Shown: positions 34,471-43,319 of the stretch, in pieces
Position numbering within the stretch: the first letter of the stretch is position 1
Layout: each line of letters begins with the position of its first letter
Source: Candidatus Peregrinibacteria bacterium
GTDB taxonomy: Bacteria > Patescibacteriota > Gracilibacteria > Peribacterales > Peribacteraceae
Length of the DNA: 43,407 bases
NCBI GenBank assembly: GCA_018662075.1
Contig: JABJGX010000011.1
Span: forward strand, 1 to 43,407
Reading direction: 5' to 3'
Notes under the pieces: model-generated
What the model saw: the letters and a program-made list of their open reading frames with translations, nothing else
Told to the model about the DNA's origin: nothing
The model's database searches: none
Position numbers and translations under genes: made by a program

Positions 34471-36378
34471 TTAAATAGTAGATCCTACGTTCTCCCATCG
34501 AAGCTTTACGATCTCTTTATATACCTTATCTGGAAAGCTTTCTGGTCCATCAGGCAATGTCATAGCAAGTCTTCGAAGAATACGTCCCTGGTCTGGATGT
34601 CCATCAAGTGCTTTCATCTCTGCAATAAACTGATTGATACGAGAGTGTGTCAGGTTATAGAGGAAAATCTTTTTCTTGATACCCATAACAATTTCCATAA
34701 CTTCTTCCTCTGAAAGCACAACAGTTGTTGTGTCTGTTGGGGGTGGAAGATACGAAGCGATATCGCTGAGAAGTTCAGCATCGATATCTACTCCTCTATT
34801 ACTTGCAACATGAAGTGACGTCGCTAAGAACGCAAGAAGTGTCTTTGCCTCTTTATACATCAGAGGATGCATTGCAATATCCTCTTCTTCTAGAGTCAAA
34901 AGATACGGCTGTAAGTCCAACCATACAGAGCGAACAATGTTACTGTCTCCTTCATCAACTGCTCGAACAAGCATAGCGAGTCCATCAAGAAGCAGTGTTC
35001 CTTTTGCGGTTTCTTCTCCACTAGCTTCAAGCACTGTCTTTGTAATGACATACGATTCATCTCCAGGCTGCACTGCACTATACTGTGCTGCACTCTCTGA
35101 AATTGCTTGCTGTATAAGGAGCTGCGCAAGACTTCCCTGTTCAAAGTCCTCTGCAAGAAGCTTCACGGTCTCTGTATACGCACTCAGTGCAACGTCTGCG
35201 TTCTCACCTTCGTAAATAAGGGCTGCAGCTTCGTTCAAACGAGTTTCTGCAACTTGCAATCGCTTCTGTACACGGATTTCGGTATCAAATGTCATCATAA
35301 CATCCATCAACTCTGCAAAACGCTTTACAGGATAGAGCCTAGACGTTGGAAGGATTCCCGCCTGAGCAATGCGACGCTCATGTTGCTGCTGTGCAATACC
35401 ATGCCTGTGAACCGCATCACGCTGCAAATTTTGATCTGCCCATGTGTACTGATACCATTTATTTGGAAGCTTTTTTACAAGGAAGATAGGATTATCTTCA
35501 ACAAGCTGCGTGCGCTCTCCTGCGGTTAAGTATGTCTCTTCACCATTCCTTATAACCATTGCGCTGCGATCATAGACTTCAATGTCGACATAATCATCCT
35601 CAGCAATAGAGACACTTCCTTTATTAACAGTGATAGTGCCAAAACTACTTGCAACAGTAATACCTGGAAGCTGGGAAGGAACGAGTCCCTGTAACCAAAT
35701 CTTTCCAGTAAACACCGTTAAAATTGGATCTAATGCAGATGCAACACTCGAACGATCACGAAGATCTTCTAGTTTAATTGTTGTTTTTTCTGCCATACGG
35801 ATCACTCCGTCATCATGAAGAATAATACTCGCTTCTCCGTCATGCGTCCTAAGCATCATACCTGGCTCAAGGACAAGTTCATGTTCAACTTTCTGCCACA
35901 TTCCTCCAATAGACACAGATACTTCCCCACGAGTAGGAAGTAGCAACACTTCTGTTTTCGCCACAGTAGAAGAGGCAATGAAGAGCATCGGACTGGTCTG
36001 TATCAAGAGAGCAACCAATGCAAATGATGCAACCCACTTCAGCATAACCGGTCCTGCAGCCTCTGGCTGGACTGGCTCTAGTGACTGGAAACTGCGTAAC
36101 ATTCGTGCCCGAAGAACTTCCTTAAAACTCGCTGTTGGCTGCAATGAATCTTTAATATTCTTGAAGGTTTCGTCAACTGGCATTTCAATAGATGGAGCAA
36201 TACGCTTCCAAATAGTCTTTTGTAATTGTGACTGAGGTGCAATGTCTTTTCGTAGATCGGCAAACATATTTTCGCCAGGTGACATACGACTTTGCACACG
36301 CTTGTGAATACGATCTTTTATCTCTGCATCTGGTGAGAGATCTTTGCGGAGGCCGGAGAAGAAAGATTCAGGGTTCAT
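34471..36378 (-). CDS. anti-sigma-like membrane protein with four parts: an N-terminal triple repeat, a TM segment, a FecR-like domain, and a DUF5667-like helical domain
   Basis: It lies immediately downstream of the ECF sigma gene. TM segment VMLKWVASFALVALLIQTSPMLFIA. FecR-like beta region GEVSVSIGGMWQKVEHELVLEPGMMLRTHDGEASI. Confidence 0.6.
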   Translation of the reverse strand: MNPESFFSGLRKDLSPDAEIKDRIHKRVQSRMSPGENMFADLRKDIAPQSQLQKTIWKRIAPSIEMPVDETFKNIKDSLQPTASFKEVLRARMLRSFQSLEPVQPEAAGPVMLKWVASFALVALLIQTSPMLFIASSTVAKTEVLLLPTRGEVSVSIGGMWQKVEHELVLEPGMMLRTHDGEASIILHDDGVIRMAEKTTIKLEDLRDRSSVASALDPILTVFTGKIWLQGLVPSQLPGITVASSFGTITVNKGSVSIAEDDYVDIEVYDRSAMVIRNGEETYLTAGERTQLVEDNPIFLVKKLPNKWYQYTWADQNLQRDAVHRHGIAQQQHERRIAQAGILPTSRLYPVKRFAELMDVMMTFDTEIRVQKRLQVAETRLNEAAALIYEGENADVALSAYTETVKLLAEDFEQGSLAQLLIQQAISESAAQYSAVQPGDESYVITKTVLEASGEETAKGTLLLDGLAMLVRAVDEGDSNIVRSVWLDLQPYLLTLEEEDIAMHPLMYKEAKTLLAFLATSLHVASNRGVDIDAELLSDIASYLPPPTDTTTVVLSEEEVMEIVMGIKKKIFLYNLTHSRINQFIAEMKALDGHPDQGRILRRLAMTLPDGPESFPDKVYKEIVKLRWENVGSTI

Positions 36379-36417
36379 TCAGTAGTTATAACGACTAATA
36401 ATGGCTTCTGTTACGCA

Positions 36418-37026
36418 TTAAACAGAATAAGCGGTACGATATTCTTTAATATTGTCAGGAAGAACGGTTTCAAGCTTCTTTAGTGCTCTATGCTTCAAGA
36501 TACGAACAGCACCTTCAGTCATTCGTAGTACACGTGCAATCTCGCTATGAGGCAACTCTGCCATATACGACAAGAGTAATATTTCTCTATATCGTTCTGG
36601 TAAATCATCAAGTCCACTATTTACAATTTTTAACATATCGTCTCTTTCAAGTTTCGTATTGGCCTTATTAAAGATGTCCATATCAACAATAGTTTCAGGA
36701 AGCTCCTCAAAGCCACGATGTGTTCTATATGAATCTATCACTGTATGTCTGGCAATACGAAAGAGCCATGCAGCAAATGGAACATTCTTGCGAGACTTGT
36801 AGGTATGAAGCTTCTCCCATGCTTTGACAAAAATATCTGCGACCAAGTCTTCTGCAGCTTCTGATGGAACTCTAAATGCTGTGTAACGATAAACTTGCAA
36901 GAAATACATGTCGTATACCTTTGCAAACGATTCGCTATCACCTTCCTGAGCACGACGAATGTACTCCGGAAGTGCCAATAATGCAGCGGTAGATTTTGAG
37001 TCCATAAACTGTGGCGATTCTATCAT
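36418..37026 (-). CDS. ECF-type RNA polymerase sigma-70 family factor
   Basis: Region 2 (FAKVYDMYFLQVYRYTAFRV...DLVADIFVKAWEKL) and region 4 (LPERYREILLLSYMAELPHSEIARVLRMTEGAVRILKHRALKKL). Confidence 0.85.
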   Translation of the reverse strand: MIESPQFMDSKSTAALLALPEYIRRAQEGDSESFAKVYDMYFLQVYRYTAFRVPSEAAEDLVADIFVKAWEKLHTYKSRKNVPFAAWLFRIARHTVIDSYRTHRGFEELPETIVDMDIFNKANTKLERDDMLKIVNSGLDDLPERYREILLLSYMAELPHSEIARVLRMTEGAVRILKHRALKKLETVLPDNIKEYRTAYSV

Positions 37027-37090
37027 ATAAACGACAAAATCTAGCGATTGTTACTCTTTGGATGAAACTTACTGAACAAATTTTGTATTC

Positions 37091-37133
37091 AAACCTACCC
37101 CTACCCCCTAATCCTAGCCCATTCCTATTCCCA
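37091..37133 (-). repeat. G-tract-rich 3'-end element, copy B
   Basis: On the minus strand it reads TGGGAATAGGAATGGGCTAGGATTAGGGGGTAGGGGTAGGTTT. Its first 9 nt are Trp-Glu-stop of guaA. It is homologous to 5814..5859. Confidence 0.6.
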
Positions 37134-38906
37134 CTCAATAGTACCAGGTGGCTTATGAGTAAGATCTTGAAATACCATGTCTATTCCGTCAAGAGAAAGC
37201 AATTCTTTGGTCATCTGCTTTAAAGCAAGTTCTGGGATGACTGCCGCGTTCGCTGTCATTGCTTCTTGGCTTTCTACTGGGCGAAGGACAATAGATTGTC
37301 CTCCTTCAGACGTACCAAATGGAAGTAATACAACAGGAAACTGCCAAATATCTGCATAAAACCCTGCATCGTACATAATACGATGCACCAAAGCGTCTGC
37401 CTCTCTCAAAAGGTCTGACCGCTTCATCGTGACATATCCGGGGGTGAATACAAACTCCGGAACCTCCGCATGGGACGTGCACATAAGGACCCTGTTAAAT
37501 GCACTCGACTGGTTCGGGATAGATGTTGCCAAATTCCAACACTGCTCGTTTGGATACTGCTCGTGTGTGAAAAGCGACACCGCATGTCGGTAACTCCGCC
37601 CGTCTCCTTGAACACCAACAGACTGCACAGGAAGTCCTGCATGTGTAATAGCAATATCTAGATCCTCTTCAATAGTCGATGCAGACTGCGCACAAAGAAT
37701 ACGCACACCGAGTCCTGGTCCTGGGAATGGATGACGCCATACAAGGTCGTGTGGGAGACCAAGCTCAACGCCTAGCTCTCGTACTTCGTCCTTATACAAA
37801 TCACGCAGTGGCTCTATCACAAAACCTTCTTCCATCATCTTTTGGATTTCTGGAATACGATTGTGATGTGTTTTAATCTTATCTGCATTCTTCGTCTCTC
37901 CTGTTTCAATAGTATCTGGATAAATAGTTCCCTGCCCAAGCATCCATCCATCATCCATCGTCAGCCCCATCTCTTCACTCACTCTGCGTTGTACACTTAG
38001 GAATGCATCTCCAATAATCCACCTCTTGTCTTCCGGCTCATACACTTCAACAAGTTTTTTCAAAAAATACTGCGATGCATCTTCAATGCGCAAGTTATCT
38101 ATTCCAAGCTCTTCAAATGCACGACCAACGAGAAGCACTTCATCTTTACGCATCATTCCCGTATCTACCAAGAGTCCTTGCACACGGTCTGTTCCAAGGA
38201 TTTTATTAATCAACACAAAGGCGACAGTGCTATCAACACCGCCTGATACCATCATAAATATTTTACGATCACCCACTTCCTCTTTAATTGCATCGCCTAT
38301 ATTTTTTACATAGCTTCCAATATTCCAAGGCTCTGCATTGCACAAGCTTACAAAATTCTTAATAAGATCTTGTCCATACTCTGTATGAACAACCTCCGGA
38401 TGAAACTGTACTCCGTATAAATCTTTTTCTGTCTGAGCGACAAATGCAAACTCGCAATCATCCGACTTTCCAATGCGCATAAACCCTTCAGGTAACGCAG
38501 AGACAGCATCACCATGACTCATCCACACTGTCATTTCCTCCGGTAAATCACTCAAAACCTTTACATCAGTATGTTCAAGTTGCAGCTTTGCCTTTCCGTA
38601 CTCTTTTACTGTGCCAGGGCTTACCGTACCGCCGAGAGCCTGCACCATCCACTGGAGCCCATAACAAATACCAAACACAGGAATGGCGAGATCAAAAATA
38701 CCAGGATCACCCTGAGGACTCTCACTGTCATACACACTCTGAGGACCACCAGAAAGAATAATACCAGCAGCATTCTTTAGCTCTTCTGCTGGGGTATCTG
38801 CATCCATAATTTCACTATATACACCACATTGCCGCACTCTACGGGCAATTAGATGGGCGTATTGCCCCCCGAAATCGAGTACGATAATTGATTTCTGATG
38901 TTCCAT
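37125..38906 (-). CDS. guaA: GMP synthase (glutamine-hydrolysing), long form (593 aa)
   Basis: GATase domain (IIVLDFGGQYAHLIARR, GICYGLQ), ATP-PPase P-loop (MMVSGGVDSTV), and a C-terminal dimerisation domain ending GTIEWE. Confidence 0.9.
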   Translation of the reverse strand: MEHQKSIIVLDFGGQYAHLIARRVRQCGVYSEIMDADTPAEELKNAAGIILSGGPQSVYDSESPQGDPGIFDLAIPVFGICYGLQWMVQALGGTVSPGTVKEYGKAKLQLEHTDVKVLSDLPEEMTVWMSHGDAVSALPEGFMRIGKSDDCEFAFVAQTEKDLYGVQFHPEVVHTEYGQDLIKNFVSLCNAEPWNIGSYVKNIGDAIKEEVGDRKIFMMVSGGVDSTVAFVLINKILGTDRVQGLLVDTGMMRKDEVLLVGRAFEELGIDNLRIEDASQYFLKKLVEVYEPEDKRWIIGDAFLSVQRRVSEEMGLTMDDGWMLGQGTIYPDTIETGETKNADKIKTHHNRIPEIQKMMEEGFVIEPLRDLYKDEVRELGVELGLPHDLVWRHPFPGPGLGVRILCAQSASTIEEDLDIAITHAGLPVQSVGVQGDGRSYRHAVSLFTHEQYPNEQCWNLATSIPNQSSAFNRVLMCTSHAEVPEFVFTPGYVTMKRSDLLREADALVHRIMYDAGFYADIWQFPVVLLPFGTSEGGQSIVLRPVESQEAMTANAAVIPELALKQMTKELLSLDGIDMVFQDLTHKPPGTIEWE

Positions 38907-38982
38907 GAACGCAGTGTACTAATTCTGAAGCATGAATGCGAGTTCTTGACTTTCTATTCTCAAAAGAGTCAAATGCAATACT

Positions 38983-39369
38983 ATGACCATACCAACTGCT
39001 GAAGAAGTTCGAAGTAAATCCTCAAACGTAGACAATGTTTTTTTAAGAGCAGTAGAAAGCTATCGTTATGGGACACCTCAGCCAGATGTAATACGAACTA
39101 TTGCTGACTATAAATCAGAGGCACTTTTACTCATTGCAGACATCATCGAAATAGCACGTGCGGAAGATCCTGAAAAGAACAGCCATAAATCTGTAGAACA
39201 ACTTTTGGCAGATCCTGAATCAGCAAAAAGATTCCACGACCGGTTTATGGATGTACTTGGGCGAAAGATTAATCGCCCTATAAATGCTGTCGAAGAAGGA
39301 AGAATGGTAGACCCTATGGCAAACACAAAAGCGATTTTGCTAGGTGCTACAAAGTACGCTACTCAGTAA
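38983..39369 (+). CDS. hypothetical protein (128 aa)
   Basis: ORF track; divergent from guaA. No recognisable family. Confidence 0.45.
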   Translation: MTIPTAEEVRSKSSNVDNVFLRAVESYRYGTPQPDVIRTIADYKSEALLLIADIIEIARAEDPEKNSHKSVEQLLADPESAKRFHDRFMDVLGRKINRPINAVEEGRMVDPMANTKAILLGATKYATQ

Positions 39370-39374
39370 AAACT

Positions 39375-39941
39375 ATGTCTATCCTCGACCGCATCACCGA
39401 AATAACTGCATCATCGAAAGGTGATGAAATAATCAAGATTTGTGATGCAATCATAGCGGAATACGCAGATGACTTTCGTGAACAACTCGGAAAACTTCTC
39501 AAAAAAAAGAAAACTGATCGCGAAGCAATTGTCGAAACTGTATTACAAAGTAGGAACATGGCAGATGGAAGAGCTGAGCATTTCAAAGTAAGTACATTAG
39601 ATAGAAAAAAGGCAGACGAGCAATTGCGGAGCGTCTACGTACGCATAATTACTACACTTATTCAAAAGGGTAAGCTTAAAAATCCAACAGGTAAAGAGGT
39701 GGAAGCGAAAGCATTATCCAGAGCTCACCACCAGTGCATGATAAGCCTTCATGCTATTCGGTCTACTTTTTCAGATGAGTTCGATATAACTTCTGACGAC
39801 AGCATTGCCGACTTCCTGACGACTCTCAACGAAGACGATCCTCCACCAGTAAAAGCACATCTGGATATCCCTCAAGAGCAACGGTCCGATACCCCTCCTC
39901 CTACTCCTTCTCCAAAGACACCGCCGCCAGAATCCACGTAG
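39375..39941 (+). CDS. hypothetical protein (188 aa) with a proline-rich C-terminal tail
   Basis: ORF track. The tail reads DDPPPVKAHLDIPQEQRSDTPPPTPSPKTPPPEST. The last 41 nt overlap the convergent O-antigen-ligase-like gene. Confidence 0.45.
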   Translation: MSILDRITEITASSKGDEIIKICDAIIAEYADDFREQLGKLLKKKKTDREAIVETVLQSRNMADGRAEHFKVSTLDRKKADEQLRSVYVRIITTLIQKGKLKNPTGKEVEAKALSRAHHQCMISLHAIRSTFSDEFDITSDDSIADFLTTLNEDDPPPVKAHLDIPQEQRSDTPPPTPSPKTPPPEST

Positions 39942-41205
39942 TATACGCCACTGCGCTTCCCTCCCATGCATGTAAGAAGAGTGCCGCGATACTTATACCA
40001 ACAAATGGAAGTAATGCATACGGACTACTGCGAAGCCGAAGCAACACAAAAATTATTAATGTTATAAACAAGACAAACCCAAGGATCCCCATTTCGACAC
40101 CCATTTGCAGGTACCAGTTTTCTGGTAGAAGTGGGCAGTTGCATACTCTGCCGTGTGGCTGAACTTGAATGTCTCCTGTAAACACACACAGGTCAGGCCT
40201 ATCGGATGCCCACGACGCATCACTCCCTTCTGGGAGGTGTACACATGCATCACTTACCCTGTTGCTTGCAGGACCTGCTGTTCCGAGCCCAAGCCCGAGA
40301 GGATTCTCTTTCATCACTTCAATAGCTTCTAACGGCCGAGCAAGGTGATTACTATTCGATGCACTTCGCATTACTATGTCCGGTGCAAAGGAATACAAAA
40401 CCATGAATGCCAAAAGTGATGCACTAAAAAGTCCACCAAGGGCGTAAAAAAATACTTTTCTCGGGACACTCTTGAAGAGCACTATCAAAAAGATCACACC
40501 AGATGCTATCCACGCACTCCGTGAAAACGTCAGAAGAATTGCAATCGCAATGAGAATAAGAAACATGTATCGACGTCGAAGCAGTGCAATACTCCAAGGA
40601 AGAAGCAGCCACAGTCCCAACTGATTCGGTCCACTCATTGTTGACTGAATGCGCCGAACCCCAAGCGACTCTATCTGCTGGAATGCAGCAAGTGGACCAT
40701 TTGGAACATAGAGCGAATGCAAATCACTATAACCAAAAAGAGAAAAGAATGATGAAGGGAATGCAAGAGTAGCAATACCAAAAGCTGCAACGACGCTTCC
40801 AACAATAAGTAGTACAGATATGAGCCTCTTTCGAAATGCATCCGACCACTGCACACGTCGAAGAATGACAAACGCAGCAAGTGGAATGAAATCGTATTTA
40901 AATCCGAAAAGATAGAGCTTCCAATCCCCATCTGTCATCGCAGTAACCATAACCGAAAGAATGAGCATGGTAAGAATCAACCAATCAAACATATCGAGCC
41001 TTGGCATTTTTGCCTTCTGCACTATCTCTTTGCAGGCGAGAGCAAGAATAAGAAGAAGCACAGCCTCTTTCCAGAGCGACAAGCTCACCATTGGCGCATT
41101 ACCTGAACCCTGTAACGCCTTCGTACCAACCGTTACCAAAAACGCATGAAGCGGCAGGAGAACCAGCAAGAAGAGAGTCAAACGTTGGCGAAGGGATTGA
41201 AGCAT
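39901..41205 (-). CDS. O-antigen ligase / polymerase family (Wzy_C-like) polytopic membrane protein
   Basis: About 10-12 TM helices and the typical LTFSRSAWIASGVIFL segment. The start is set at the ATG at 41205 rather than the TTG at 41241. Confidence 0.75.
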   Translation of the reverse strand: MLQSLRQRLTLFLLVLLPLHAFLVTVGTKALQGSGNAPMVSLSLWKEAVLLLILALACKEIVQKAKMPRLDMFDWLILTMLILSVMVTAMTDGDWKLYLFGFKYDFIPLAAFVILRRVQWSDAFRKRLISVLLIVGSVVAAFGIATLAFPSSFFSLFGYSDLHSLYVPNGPLAAFQQIESLGVRRIQSTMSGPNQLGLWLLLPWSIALLRRRYMFLILIAIAILLTFSRSAWIASGVIFLIVLFKSVPRKVFFYALGGLFSASLLAFMVLYSFAPDIVMRSASNSNHLARPLEAIEVMKENPLGLGLGTAGPASNRVSDACVHLPEGSDASWASDRPDLCVFTGDIQVQPHGRVCNCPLLPENWYLQMGVEMGILGFVLFITLIIFVLLRLRSSPYALLPFVGISIAALFLHAWEGSAVAYTTWILAAVSLEKE

Positions 41206-41212
41206 CGTACGT

Positions 41213-41267
41213 AGTATTAAGGGATACGTATTACGGGGCAAGGGATAATCCCTTATCCCTTAATACT
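41213..41267. promoter_or_regulatory. nested palindromes built from AAGGGATA units
   Basis: A 14-bp perfect inverted repeat, AGTATTAAGGGATA (41213..41226) / TATCCCTTAATACT (41254..41267), encloses the 15-bp palindrome AAGGGATAATCCCTT (41240..41254). Confidence 0.5.
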
Positions 41268-41273
41268 TTCCCC

Positions 41274-42599
41274 TTACCCCAACCCAATCCGTTCTTCCTC
41301 TGCTCTAAATATTTCGCCCTTTGAAAGGACATCCTCCACGGCATCGATACACTTACTACTGACATTTTCTCCGTAGATCTTTGGCTTCGCTCTCATATCT
41401 GCATTGTCCCAAGCGTACTCAACCATCTGCTTAATAAGGTTTCCATCGATAGGTGGAGCAATAAGGTTTCCACCGTTAATACCAGACTCTGGCCTATCGG
41501 AACCGAAGCGAAGTGTGACACATGGAACACCCATCACATTCATCTCCTCTTGCATAGACCCACTATCTGTCGCACACACTGCAGCCTTATTCATCGCAGC
41601 AATAACATCGACGTACTCTGCCCACACTGGGCTATACACAAAGTTGTCGTAGTCCTTATTCATCTGGTCGACTTCATCTTTTAGGCCAAAGTTCTTCAGT
41701 GCTGATTCTGTTTTAAATAGTGAGATTAAAAGAACTTTACGACCATCTTCAATGAGCATTTTCATTGCCTCGTAAATGGCACGGAAGCGCTTTTCGTTTG
41801 TACAGTTTTCACCGCGGTGAATACAAAAACGAACGAAGTTTCCGTCAGCAAGCTCTGGATGCTTTTCAAAAATTGTTGAATCTTTTGATCTGTCGAGTGC
41901 ATCATGCGTTGCATCTGCAACACTATTTCCAACAACAAAAATACGATCATCACAGTATCCTTCATCCAGTAAGAACTGCCTGTCGAGTTCTACAGGAGCA
42001 AGGTGCACACCGGTTCCAGCTTCTGCACTACGAGTATTGAACTGTTCTGGGAATGGCTCTTGTGATCCTCGTTCCCAGTTGTTGCGGTCCTGCAGAAATG
42101 CATGCCATGCTTTGCAGTCGAACCCTTCATCGCTCAGTCCAAACTCTTTAAACTTCGGTGTCAGTGTTCTGATCCCTGCTTCAACGTGTACAGATGCAAA
42201 CTTGTGGCAATACCCTGCATTCGCAGCTGCCATACATGTCGTAGTGTCTCCGTGCACATATGGAATAACGATCTTTCCTTTTTCTTTAAGCTCTCCAATA
42301 ACATGTCCGAGTCTTCCAATAATAAGGCTTACCACTTCATGAGCAGCGCCACGAACATTCAAATTGAAATCTGGCTGCACACCAAACTCCTTAAGCATAC
42401 CTCCGGACAAATTCTCATCGTAATGCTGGCCAGTGTGACCAAGAACAACCAGGTGTCCTCTATTCTTTAGCTCTCTATACAGTGGAATTTGTTTAATAAT
42501 ATCTGGCTTTGTTGCAATCATGATCAGATGAACATTCTTATCATCGCTCGCCGCAATGTCATCGTAAAACGCCTCTGATAGATATTCGATCTCTTGCAT
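41274..42599 (-). CDS. UDP-N-acetylglucosamine 2-epimerase family protein
   Basis: IMIATKPDIIKQIPLYREL...LGHTGQHYD...YVHGDTTTCMAAANAGY...VHVEAGIRT is the typical Epimerase_2 pattern. Confidence 0.8.
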   Translation of the reverse strand: MQEIEYLSEAFYDDIAASDDKNVHLIMIATKPDIIKQIPLYRELKNRGHLVVLGHTGQHYDENLSGGMLKEFGVQPDFNLNVRGAAHEVVSLIIGRLGHVIGELKEKGKIVIPYVHGDTTTCMAAANAGYCHKFASVHVEAGIRTLTPKFKEFGLSDEGFDCKAWHAFLQDRNNWERGSQEPFPEQFNTRSAEAGTGVHLAPVELDRQFLLDEGYCDDRIFVVGNSVADATHDALDRSKDSTIFEKHPELADGNFVRFCIHRGENCTNEKRFRAIYEAMKMLIEDGRKVLLISLFKTESALKNFGLKDEVDQMNKDYDNFVYSPVWAEYVDVIAAMNKAAVCATDSGSMQEEMNVMGVPCVTLRFGSDRPESGINGGNLIAPPIDGNLIKQMVEYAWDNADMRAKPKIYGENVSSKCIDAVEDVLSKGEIFRAEEERIGLG

Positions 42600-42653
42600 A
42601 CGTATGACAAGGATAGCGAAAAAATACGCTATGACTAGTAAGAATACTGCTTT

Positions 42654-43319
42654 CTACACAGTTCCTTCTTCCACTTTAGACTCTTTCAGAGATGCTCCTT
42701 TGGTGACTATTCCTTCAACATGCATAATCTCGTGACTGATCATCTTCTCGCCATCAAATTTGTAGATATATGGTGTACACAGTCCAATTTCTAATGCTGC
42801 TGTAACATCTGGTGTCAGCCCTTCAAGGTTTTTTACAATTGGACGGAGGCTATTGCCGTGAGCAGCAACGATAACTGTCTTACCCGCAGCAAGGTGTGGC
42901 AAAATATACTGCTGAAAGAACGGCCATGTGCGCTCTTCACAATCCTGCATACTTTCTCCATTCGGAGGACGCGTTGCGAAGCTCCTGCGCCACAGTTGCA
43001 CCTGCTCTTTTCCATGCTTTTCGACAGTTTCCGCCTTGTTTAACCCCTGCAAGTCTCCGTAATGACGCTCGTTTAATGCAGAATCATGAATAACTTCCGG
43101 AGTCTGCCCAAGTTCTTTTAAGATAATATCAAGCGTACCAGTTGCACGCTCAAGACGAGACGTGAATGCGATATCAAACGTAAAATTCTTTAGTGCTGCA
43201 GCTGCTAGTGCAGCGTCAGCTCCTCCACGCTCTGTCAGTGGGACATCTGTCCAACCAGTAAACCTGTTTTCTAAGTTCCATTGAGATTGGCCGTGTCTGA
43301 TAGCAATAAGTGTTCCCAT
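42654..43319 (-). CDS. gpmA: 2,3-bisphosphoglycerate-dependent phosphoglycerate mutase
   Basis: LIAIRHGQSQWNLENRFTGWTDVPLTERG, ERHYGDLQGLNK and AAHGNSLR. The start is set at the ATG at 43319 rather than the TTG at 43355. Confidence 0.9.
   Translation of the reverse strand: MGTLIAIRHGQSQWNLENRFTGWTDVPLTERGGADAALAAAALKNFTFDIAFTSRLERATGTLDIILKELGQTPEVIHDSALNERHYGDLQGLNKAETVEKHGKEQVQLWRRSFATRPPNGESMQDCEERTWPFFQQYILPHLAAGKTVIVAAHGNSLRPIVKNLEGLTPDVTAALEIGLCTPYIYKFDGEKMISHEIMHVEGIVTKGASLKESKVEEGTV

Noticed and set aside
37125-38906. GuaA is ~70 aa longer than the ~520-aa forms I remember.
   Set aside because: The extra length appears distributed within the C-terminal dimerisation region, and long GuaA variants exist. 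I cannot delimit a discrete insert without an alignment.
42613-42632. The inverted repeat ATAGCG-N8-CGCTAT between gpmA and the epimerase gene, considered as a terminator.
   Set aside because: The stem is only 6 bp and AT-rich. On the transcribed (minus) strand no U-tract follows it.
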